NCBI RefSeq assembly: GCF_022045235.1
Contig: NW_027266286.1
Coordinates: 40,858,001-40,922,000 of the forward strand
Length of the DNA stretch: 64,000 nucleotides
Origin: Haliotis cracherodii
Taxonomy: Eukaryota
Direction of reading: 5' to 3'
In this document: positions 48,601-58,082 of the stretch, one piece after another
Numbering within the stretch: position 1 is the first letter of the stretch
Layout: each line of letters starts with the position of its first letter
Notes under the pieces: model-generated
Seen by the model: only the letters and a program-made list of their open reading frames with translations
Databases searched by the model: none
Told to the model about the DNA's origin: nothing
Made by a program: the position numbers and the translations under genes

Positions 48601-51600
48601 GGTCTCCCTGCAGCTACCTTGCGGCTGCCCTGTGTAACAGTAGCGTCAGTCTTGGCTCACGGTGGACGTATGGTCTCCCTGCAGCTACCTTGCGGCTGCC
48701 CTGTGTAACAGTAGCGTCAGTCTTGGCTCACGGTGGACGTATGGTCTCCCTGCAGCTACCTTGCGGCTGCCCTGTGTAACAGTAGCGTCAGTCTTGGCTC
48801 ACGGTGGACGTATGGTCTCCCTGTGCGTCATCACTTCAAAGGCCGTACAGCAGCCGCAGGTTTTAAAATACGGCATGCGGCTACCCTTACATATGTGACT
48901 GCTACAGTATGTTACCGTGGGAATGCTGCGGTGGCCCTATAATTGCTATTAGCTATAGATATTTTAGACCCAACGGCCGCCGCGGCAAATGTGACTGAGG
49001 CATTATCTGACTCCTATCTTCACTCCAATAATATTTACAACAGTTCACTGTCTATGATATATTTCCTGTCTAAACAAAGTTTTTGAGGGGATTCATGGAT
49101 CAGGTTCTGTCTGTGCATCATGTTTTATTTCTAGAGCTTATAAGCCATTCCATATTACTTAATTTATTAAGTAATATTAATTTATTAAGTAATAAGTAAA
49201 CAACTTGACCAAAGATACTGACTTGACATACATGTTCCCTCCATGATGAATGACACCCCAAATTGTTAAAGAGATCATGGCAACCATACCGAAAATCTGT
49301 TGATTTCCTTTACTCAACCATATTGGTACAAAATGTAATAAATTTTGGTACATGTATATAAGGTAGTAGGGAGCAACATATCTGTTGCGATATTTTACTT
49401 TTTTACCTTGATTTAATCTTTGAACTTACTGAAAGCTGAAACTTCTTATAGACGTTACTCAGACATTCTTGTTTAAAAATTAATGTTTTGTTGGTATTGG
49501 GGCTAACCACATATGTTCCGTTGTTTAAGTTATTTTAAACTTGAGTTTTATTTGACCATTGCACCTTGACCAGGCTCCAAAATTCTCTCAATTTCCTTTC
49601 CTTGTGCTGTAAATATAATCGCACTGGACCAATGAAACTGGGGAGCTGAACGTTGGCATGTATGTTCTTCTGCTGATGACATCATATATTGTTCCAATCA
49701 TCAGATTTTAAGTTCAAAGTATTCATGTACAAGACATCAAATCTAACAGCAACTTTTGTTAGGCTTAAAAAAATTAAAGAAATGGCTCTCAGGCAATGGC
49801 TTTTGAAAAATATAGTGCGGGTGGCCAGCCGGCCCTTTTTTTCGTTGACTGTTTTACCAAATAAACATTTGTGTGCAGTCACCTTGGGAAGGGCTCCCTA
49901 CATAAATGTATTCCTTGATGATTAAAATACTGGAATACAGTATTTGGTGCTGTTGTACAACCAGTGTGTGCATAATACACACATACAATGAGCTTTGATT
50001 TTACTTCACAATGCAAAAACATTATTGTGGGCTCACAACACTGGAAGAAGCATGTCGACAAATCCGTACTGAAGTACGCAAGTTACTCCTATTATTACAC
50101 TCTCTGGCTATAAAAGTGTTTATTGTGTGTCTGGATTTGCGTTTATATCCATTATATTACTTTTCTTCAAGATTTCATTCAAGTTTGTTGACATTACTTT
50201 TGGTGAAATTGTGCATCATCTGATTGGCAAATCACCGTGAACTCGCCTTTAAATGAACATTAAATACAAAGTCTTCGGTCTTCCTATCAATTTTGGTTTC
50301 AATTATGATACTGACCATGACATGGATGAAGTGTTTTTTAAATTGAATCACCCATAGAACTGGGAGAAAATGTGTAAACCGCTGATCGCTATTTCTGGTT
50401 TATTTTACGAGACAACTACACATGTAATCATATTCTCTGCGTTTGAAACAGTGTCCGCCATAGAAGTTCACAAATACCATTGAATTTGTAAATCATCATA
50501 TCTTCATAAAACAATAATCATGTTTTTATTGACCAAATTTGCAAACGGCAAAACAAGCACCAAAATATTGCCACTACGACGATAACATAATATTATAACA
50601 CGATATGTAAAGGGAAGTAACTGCACGCTTATATTGGAGCTTGTTGTTTCTAAGTATTGTAGCATTTCACTGCAAGGGTAATGTGTGTTCAACACCCGGA
50701 ATATTTAAGGATTTCTTTTGGGTAAATGAAAAAAAAAAAAAATGTGCGGTGGACTTATGTGATGATGCTGCAGTGCCTGAGAAGCAAGATTTTTCTTTTT
50801 TTAGTTTTAAGTGGCTTTCTTTGTTGAGATTTTACACTGTTGACTACATATCCAGATGAGCTACAGTGCCTGTAGCAGTATTTTCACATATAATCTTGTT
50901 TCTATTTCCCAGGGTCCATATTCGAGACAAGCCTGATGTTGCTAGGAGACTGTACCTCAGTGGACTGCGGGTGGCCTATGGCAAGGATGTCCTAGCTGAT
51001 GGCCCTCTTCCTAGTACTGTTGTTGATAACTCAACCCAGCTCATCTTGACTTACAAGGAAAAACTCCTGTACCGCAACCTGGAAGGATTCGAGGTGAGGG
51101 TGGGCTCAATGTTTACGGAATGTTCAGTTAATCTCGTAAGATCAGTCTCAGGTTTGTCTGATCCAGACTTGATTATTTAGAGGCCGCTGTCATACAGCTG
51201 GAATATTGCTGAGGTGGCGTCGAACAACAATCAAACAAAGTTAATGGTGTTTTTACAAGCAGCCTGAACTGAGGGACCGACTTCGTGGTCTAGTGGTAGA
51301 GCGTCTGCCTGGAGAGTGGAAGGTCCGGTTCGATCCCCGGCCACACCATCAACAACAATGGTACTTGTTGTTACCCTGCCTGGCGCTCGGCATTAAGGGG
51401 CTAAAACAAGGTCGGCTCAGAGTCAGGAGAATGTGTCTGAGTGGGGTATTCATGTTAAACTGTGGCATGGTATCTCAGTGAGCTAGCGCTATAAAATCGG
51501 CACTAGTCCGGACAGTGCAGCAGCCACACATACACACGTGCATGCACATTGCTATATATCTTGGACGCAACATAAAACCCCATTTCACCTCACCTGACCT

Positions 51601-52310
51601 GCACTGAGTGTCTTGTACTGAAACAAAGAAAAAGTAAACACATCATCCGTCGTTCATATCAATCTACACAAAAGAACATGCACAATATTGCAACAATTAT
51701 AAAACCCATTAAACTACAAAAACTTATCAGTAAAACTTGAGCTTCTCTGGTTGATTAATTCCATGATGTTCTCTTGAAAATGAAATATTACAACTAGTAG
51801 CTATTACACAAGCACCATAATGGCTGGACTGACAGAAAGACATGACTCTGCATTACGGTGTTTTGGCAATTGTCAAAAGACTGAATTTCAAATGGCAGCA
51901 TTCCGATTATGTATGTTAGGTATTTATAGAACCATTTTGAAAGTAAATTGAGAAGAATGCCAAAAATGTTTCTTGTGAACTGAGCTAGTTTTGTTTCACA
52001 TGGTGAGTTTATGTTTCAGGTACTGTGCTCTGAGCAGGGAACTAGCAAGACATTCTGGACCCCCACCCCCATCCTGTCTGCCCTCCCCACCAGCATCACA
52101 TTGTACTCCCTGGTGTGTGGGGAGGGGCAGACTGTCCTGGGGCTCAGATACAGCTGGAGGGAGTCCCCCTGCGCCTTCAAGACCTGCACGGTGTACTCGG
52201 CGGACAACCCTCTCCTCCCTGGACCTCCCTTCCTGGTGTACCGGAAGATGACTGGGGTAGCCGGGACCGTTCACACGATAGACTGGAACACTCCGACTGC
52301 CATTCCTTAA
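30607..52310 (+). CDS. SIAE: Sialate O-acetylesterase-like protein, tandem copy 4 (subfamily B), 9 exons, ~570 aa
   Basis: Exons join(30607-30745,36734-37080,37965-38103,39692-39890,41154-41272,42085-42224,43056-43213,50913-51093,52020-52310); 1713 nt, open frame. Signal peptide MGSIDFLVLHCVFLSLLLLTAAQA. Motifs GQSNM, FSAVCWLYG, SYGGTPIEAWS, WYQGENN, IRWHQTADYG, SVHIRDK, LRYSWRESPC. Confidence 0.9.
31987..34915. repeat. 47-bp minisatellite, ~62 copies, in intron 1 of copy 4
   Basis: Unit CTGACATGACCCAGCTGTGTCCCATCGGTCATCCCTCCCACATCTTG, with a few recurring variant positions. Confidence 0.98.
35302..35493. mobile_element. hAT-like MITE (TAGGGCTGGGA ends), internally deleted copy
   Basis: tagggctgggatgagtcc...gtcctggcccaa. 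The body (ggtacccaacccc, attaccggaccctaccc, aaaatgtctggttgggaattgttt) is shared with 42303-42703. Confidence 0.6.
36398..36592 (-). mobile_element. tRNA-derived Meta/MESC-like SINE, 5' part
   Basis: Reverse complement gaccgcctccgtggtctggttgtagagcatccacctggagagtggaaggtccggtgtttgatccc matches the head of the 51274 copy. Confidence 0.75.
37224..37378. other. Assembly gap (155 N) next to a (TG)-rich compound microsatellite
   Basis: Run of n in intron 2 of copy 4. Confidence 0.99.
37497..37778 (+). mobile_element. Meta/MESC-like SINE, 5'-truncated
   Basis: aaaaatggtacttgttgttaccc..ggcgctcggcatt..tctgagtggg..gcactataaaatc..tttcacctcacct, as in the 51274 copy. Confidence 0.75.
38480..39260 (+). 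mobile_element. Highly decayed Ty3/Gypsy-like gag/protease remnant in intron 3 of copy 4
   Basis: Fragments KWLSRFKRLLVALDIAADSQR, KLTESF..VNTAFELYYFRN and VIFYSGVSCEIMD (resembles a DSGAS protease motif). Family assignment is from pattern recall only. Confidence 0.45.
40527..40970 (+). mobile_element. Truncated second copy of the long-TIR MITE seen at 28849-29473
   Basis: catcttcccaaggcaagggagttaactgact...ccttgccgaactaggctggaatttc...ctgatcgataatcaa...cgcgaagtgcatcaaat. A third internal fragment lies near 63020-63170. Confidence 0.75.
42303..42703. mobile_element. hAT-like MITE (TAGGGCTGGGAC...GTCCCAGCC)
   Basis: Inverted termini, ACCCG-rich subterminal motifs and a body shared with 35302-35493. 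Confidence 0.65.
43245..49005. mobile_element. Non-autonomous TIR transposon whose interior is a 5.5-kb 71-bp tandem array
   Basis: Left end TAATGCCTCAGTTCCATTTGC (43245) and right end GCAAATGTGACTGAGGCATTA (49005) are inverted repeats matching at 19 of 21 positions. Confidence 0.8.
43290..48824. repeat. 71-bp tandem satellite, ~78 copies, intronic in copy 4 (between the exons ending 43213 and starting 50913)
   Basis: Unit GGTGGACGTATGGTCTCCCTGCAGCTACCTTGCGGCTGCCCTGTGTA(A/G)CAGTAGCGTCAGTCTTGGCTCAC. The ORF track repeats every 71 nt. Confidence 0.98.
51274..51597 (+). mobile_element. Full-length tRNA-derived Meta/MESC-like SINE with TSD
   Basis: A-box TGGTCTAGTGG, B-box GGTTCGATCCC, central tggtacttgttgttaccctgcctggcgctcggcattaaggg...tcagtgagctagcgctataaaatc and (CACCT)n tail. 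Flanked by cctg(a/c)actgag. Confidence 0.85.
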
Positions 52311-52500
52311 AAAGACCTCCCTTCCTGGTGTACCGGAAAATGACCGGGGTAGCCGGAACCGTTCACACTATAGACTGGAACACTCTGACTGCCATTCATT
52401 AAAATGACCTCCCTTCCTGGTGTACCGGAAGATGACCGGAATGGATGGAACAGTTCACACCATAGACTAGAACACACCTAATGTCAATCAAAATTATTAC
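52222..52500 (+). repeat. 92-bp triplication of the last codons and stop of copy 4
   Basis: gacctcccttcctggtgtaccggaa(g/a)atgac starts at 52222, 52314 and 52406. Confidence 0.95.
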
Positions 52501-54138
52501 ATTAAACAGGTAGAAACAGCTGGCTGGCTTGAATTTTGTAAAGGGTGATAACTCTTATTAAAAAAATACCAAGAGAAGGTAACTCAAATTGGAAATTTGC
52601 CATAGTTTGAAGACATGAGTCCTGAGGTTGAAGCACAATATTTATCAGATTGCTGCTTGGCACGGATAATACAATAGAACATTTTTGTACATTATGCTAA
52701 GTGTTATTGTGAATCTTTGTTGTTAATATGAGTAAGTAAGAACCTACGGGTTGCTGAAAAATATTTTTGAATTGTATGACATCCTGTCACTGATTATGCC
52801 AGTCGTCATAACTTTGATAGTGTTTTTTTGTTATTTGTGTATGAATGATAAATTTTGACTACCATAAGTGACTCTTATATATATGAATGATCAAGTTTGA
52901 TGTTCATGATTGTTTGAAGCAAAGTATGACAATCATAGGTGTATAAACAATACTGGTTCATGTTCATCATACGTGAATCAGTGATAAAGTTTGATGTTCA
53001 TGTATTTATGGATGCCAGTTTGTATGTTTTCCAGGCAATGACTTCTTTAAAAAACACCGCTTCTACAATAAGGGAAAGAAATTACCGAGATGAAATAAGT
53101 GCAAAAACATCCTTCTGACACCTTAGTCTAAAATTCACTATCTCTTTGTGGTGATTAAAAACAATGATTATGAGTGTTGATGGTGTATGTTCAACATGGT
53201 TCATTCCCCAACTTGCTGATTAACACGGTCGTATCCTTCACCACACCACTATATGACTTAATGGGCCAAGGCTTGCACTTACTCAGGGGACAGCAAATAC
53301 CAGCATTCCAGCAGTGCTTAACTTCCGGTTACCATCTATAGTTGCGCAGTCTACTTCCTGGTGCAGTAAGGGTTAAACCATCTTTCATAATAATAAATCC
53401 ACATATATTATCACAGTCCAGAGAATCTTCATTGTGTAAAAGACAATTTGTGGGATTTTGTGGGATGTCATTGGTATTGACATGGTTAAGTCATGAAAAA
53501 AGATTACTTGTTAAACTATACTAACGAGCGACACATAAAACCCCATGTACCCCGAGTGATCCTGCTACAACGAATTTATCATGCCGACATGTTTTAATGT
53601 GACATTGTAAAAGAATTCAAACAACTTCAAAAGTGATAGAAAACAGCTGTTCTATTGAGCTGAGGTTAGCTTGCTATGTCACCTGACTTCCGTTGACTCG
53701 CAAAAAGCGTGCGGCTTTTGGCTTTCAAGCGGGGTATAAGGGATTTATTCTCTCTCTCAGAAATCTATGTGCACCCTAATTTGCTTGTGGTGGGGTAGAA
53801 GAGATTTATTCCCCCGCTGAGACATTTATTCCCCTCCAAGGCGGGTTACACAGTATTTTATCAAGATCAATCAGACCAATCAGATCTCATCATTCCGACA
53901 TGGAGGTATGATAATGATGTTTTTCACATCTCATATACTGACAAATATGATAAAAGATACTCAAGAATAAAATATGCAACATGTGTATTAACAGCAATGC
54001 GATATGAAATTGATAAGCTCATGTAAACAATATGTTTAATCTCTAACCATTTCAAGATACTCAGCATATCAAATATGAGCAAATGTCTTTTGCAATGTTT
54101 ATATTTAAACACAATATCCCATTTAAGGTAGGTTGGTG

Positions 54139-54554
54139 CACATTTTACAATTTGAGTACAAGCAGGTTTGTTATGGTTTTACGAATGCAAAACACTACCT
54201 CGCGGTGGTTAATGCTATTTAGTTCATAAATATATATGAATATAGATTTGAGAGTAAGGGAAAATCATTTTGTTTCTATTCAAACATGATTTTTTGCAAA
54301 CTTATTTATAGAATGTTAACCCATATATAACACCTTTTAATACTTACACATTTTACAATTTGAGTACAAGCAGGTTTGTTATGGTTTTACGAATGCAAAA
54401 CACTACCTCGCGGTGGTTAATGCTATTTAGTTCATAAATATATATGAATATAGATTTGAGAGTAAGGGAAAATCATTTTGTTTCTATTCAAACATGATTT
54501 TTTGCAAACTTATTTATAGAATGTTAACCCATATATAACACCTTTTAATACTTA
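54139..54554. repeat. 208-bp apparently perfect tandem duplication
   Basis: cacattttacaatttgagtacaagcagg...ccttttaatactta at 54139 and again at 54347. Confidence 0.9.
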
Positions 54555-55089
54555 CATATTTTTTACAAACTGTATTAATTTGCATATATTTGTTGATGTA
54601 TTTTCCTCCACAGACATTGATATTGATACATGTATATTTTTTCACACTATTTTATACCATTTTAAATAAAAAAACCTTTTCTTTGAAAGTGTGTCAAAGA
54701 TGTTTCATTATTTTACAGTGAGCAACAATTTTTGGTTATAAAATACACTGGAGGTATATTCCCTGTAAGGGGGGTGTTTTTGTTGGAGAATATGTCATCT
54801 CTGTTACCAAGGCTAAAGCTCCCCATTATGTTGCATGTCTTGAAGCCTGACTATCACTGGAATCATTACAATGTGTGACCTGCCTGATCTTGTATTTCAA
54901 ACAAGATGGAGTAGATCGTCACTCATACTATTAACTGTTTCTAGTCTTTGTTGACTTCTTTGTCACTGAAGTTGCTCCCAGTTAGATTCTCTGTTGATGG
55001 TTCAAAACTCATCCATTGTCACTGATTTGGGCCAGAAGTTTGAACTAATCACTGAAAGACAATACAACAAAACTTTCTCAAGGAATTAT

Positions 55090-55360
55090 GTCATGTCAGG
55101 CAATGTGTCAGGTGACTAGAAGCAGCAGGAGCTCCATCTCAGGATGTTGACATCCTTACCAACAGCATGCCACATCATTTGGCCGACTCTGTGTTACAAG
55201 GGCTGCTCAAGACTGCTTCATATCGCTGTCATTTGCGACAAGACTGTACAAGAGAGTAAACTATAACAGCAGCAATTCCAGTATTGTGAAGGATATCTGA
55301 CCAGACAGTGCAGAACTGCCTTCATGAGGCAGGTCTCCAAGCAAGATGTCCCTGTCAACA
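55090..55360 (+). mobile_element. Decayed Tc1-like transposase N-terminal fragment
   Basis: Translation fragments GRLCVTRAAQDCFI and ISDQTVQNCLHEAGLQARCP resemble the Tc1 consensus GRPRVTT..QDR.I / IS.QTVRNRL.E.GL.ARRP. Confidence 0.6.
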
Positions 55361-56138
55361 TTGATGTCATGGTCAGTCGCGACGAGTATTGCCTAGGGGA
55401 CCGACCATTTGATATTCTGGGTTTGGGGTGGGGGAACGTTTGCCTCAAACTGTTTACGGGAGGTCGACCGAAGCATTACTGATGTGGGCGGAATTCACCC
55501 ACACTGGCAGAACAAAACTTGTGCAAGGAAACATAACGTTATTTTGATGAAATCCCACAGTTGCCCGTTGTACCCATTATGAACCATGCTAAGAGAATTC
55601 TTTTTACAGCACATTTCAAATTAAACCTATGGAAAGAATGTTAAACTTTTGTCACCGTTGACCAACACATAACTGTACAGATGTAGGTGATTTTGAAACA
55701 GAACAATGAAAATAGCAGTGTAATAAAGCATTTGAAGAGATAATAAATAAAAGACCATTATTTTACAACACCGTGTGTAGCAAAACCCAGTCAACTTGAC
55801 ATGTTTGTACTCACTTCTACGGAAGTAATGTACATTTCAATTACTGAGATGATGTGGATGATGGACATAAGTAGCATAACTTTTTAATGTAAACTGACAA
55901 AAAAAGGAAACATTACCCAACTGAAAGTTCCACACATTGGGTTCAAACCCTGAATAAAGTTACAAAATGTTTGAGCATTAATCGCCCAAATACAGAAACA
56001 AAAGTTTGCTGAGTAATGCATGTGCTACATCACCCAGATCAGTGGAACTTGAGTTTGAAGTGAAACTTTTGCTGCACTTGCAGCATGCCAGCCTACAAAG
56101 ATGTGGATATAAAAGGAACGCGGTACTGTTCATTTACA

Positions 56139-56306
56139 GGGGCGGTCGGGTAGCCTAGTGGTAAAAGCGTTCGCTCGTCACGCCGAAGACCCGGGTTCGA
56201 TTCCCGACGTGGGTACAATGTGTGAAGCCCATTTCCGGTGTCCCCCGCCGTGATATTGCTGGATTATTGCTAAAAGCTGCGTAAAAACATACTCACTCAC
56301 TCACTC
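56139..56306 (+). mobile_element. Full-length tRNA(Asp-like)-derived SINE with 14-bp TSD
   Basis: A-box TAGCCTAGTGG, B-box GGTTCGATTCC, GTC at the anticodon-like position and an (ACTC)n tail. ACTGTTCATT(T/C)ACA at 56125-56138 and 56307-56320. Confidence 0.9.
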
Positions 56307-56559
56307 ACTGTTCATTCACACCCAAACCGTTGAACAGTGACAAATAACATGCTGAGAATAATGGTACTGAAAGAACAAGGTGTTGGTATGATAATCAAGA
56401 AACAACGCCTGACCACGTTGCAAGGAGTTTTTGGCTGAAGCCGAATGACAGTCACAAGGCTGATGGTCCGTTATAGGCATACTGGATGGACAGGAGACAT
56501 TGCTGGTGAGGCTAGACATGCACCCCAAAAATACCCATGAACGTCGTGGAGCTTTTGTC

Positions 56560-57633
56560 CCCAAATACATTTTCCAAGTCCAAGTACACAGTAAACTGCA
56601 TTTCTCCAATCACAAAGATCAGTTTTTGCCTCAGATTGGTCAGAATGTAGGACACATGCACTCACATCATCACAAAATAGATATAGGTGATGTCAGACCC
56701 GTTAGACTCCCTTTGTATAGGCAAAACGCACCCATTAGGAAAGAATGTTCCAGACAGGTGCAAGAAATGTTCTAAACTCTGCACTCTTCCATTGTCATGG
56801 TTAAAAAACGTAATAGCTCTCAACAACTTGGCCGTAGATTATGGACCCCTCAATGCAAACGTATAGTTTTCACTCTTCCACCTCTACCAATAATTTTAGC
56901 GTGCTTGATCGTGCTAGTGGCTTATGACAAATACCACTTCATCCAGATGCAAAACACAAGTCGGCCTAAATTACACCCGATATTGTTTTTGGATGGAATC
57001 GTCTCCCTTTCGTCCTGAAAAATGCTCCTATGGCATTTTTGCTAACCATTTCCGAGGCAAAAGATTTGGCGTTACATACTAATACATGTAAATGACATAA
57101 TATTTTCTAAAAAGTTTCTTGAACATTTCAATTCACCTTATTGTAAACGTCCTTTCGTGCTCACGGTGCACTGACTTCTTTCCTACACATTGTTCTTTTT
57201 TTTATTAAGATAATTGAACAACTGTTGTTGTTTTTCTGTCCGATATGTTCATTTCAGAGACAAGATGTTAGTCTATGGCCGCCCATACACCCACTAAGGG
57301 AATAGCTGCAGCAAAGATGGCATCCATGTCGATCCTTCAAAAATAGATTCAGTCACACAGATCCCCCAAAATGTCCATGACGTGTGTCGTTTCTTAGGTT
57401 TGGCCTGGTATTATCACAAATTTGTAGCAAAATGTTCTGGTTCTGGTCTTCCCTCTATACAGCCTTCTGAAAAAAGACGCATCTATGAATTGTCCAAAAA
57501 TTGCCAACAGGCAGTCGAAAAGCTAAAGCAAGCCATTACAACAGCCCCCATCCTTGCAAATCCAGAACAAAACAAACCCTTCATCCTCACAACTGATGCA
57601 TCTCAAACTACAATAGAGTACATTTTAGGCTAA
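56560..57633 (+). mobile_element. Degenerate Ty3/Gypsy pol (RT-RNase H) fragment ending ~450 bp upstream of copy 5
   Basis: HKIDIGDVRPVRLPLYR, IVMVKK, QIPLHPD, LKNAPMAF, DPSKI, RFLGLAWYYHKFV, KLKQAITTAPILANP..KPFILTTDAS. Confidence 0.85.
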
Positions 57634-57751
57634 CTTGATTCTCATGGCATAACTTGTGTTTTTTGTTTGTTTTTTTTGCTGGGTCGGTTTTCTTCGCGCA
57701 GATGGAGGCTGAGTTTGTTTGTTTGTTTTTTGCGCTGCACTCAGCAATATT

Positions 57752-57785
<34 letters not shown>

Positions 57786-58082
57786 GATATATATATACCC
57801 GGCCGATCAGATATAGGGGGAGTAACTCTAGTTTGTTTACTTATACATGAACATTGTACCGTCACGTACGTGAATGAATATTTTGAATTTGAACCGTGGA
57901 GGCCAGGTACGCATTATTGAATGTATGTAGTTATCTGCAATTATATTCCTGTCTTCAGCAAAATACACAGATCTCGTTGTGCCATGTGTCACGGGTGAGT
58001 GGCCAAATGTTTGTTGTTTGAAGCCATAATTATATTTCAAGGGAACACGAACCACGAACAGCCGATCGACTCATTGAGCGAG

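Noticed and set aside
31987-48824. CRISPR-like appearance of the two long repeat arrays
   Set aside because: Units are contiguous with no unique spacers, there are no cas genes, and the context is eukaryotic introns.
43337-48942. ~75 overlapping 62-aa Cys-rich ORFs (MDVWSPCSYLAAALC...) that look like a peptide or toxin array
   Set aside because: They are a by-product of a 71-bp unit (not a multiple of 3) cycling through frames. Starts are GTG, the ORFs overlap each other, and the array lies in an intron within a TIR element.
56139-56215. Possible tRNA-Asp gene
   Set aside because: No convincing acceptor stem or oligo-T terminator. It continues into a body and (ACTC)n tail, has a TSD, and has a second copy at 24414, so it is a SINE.
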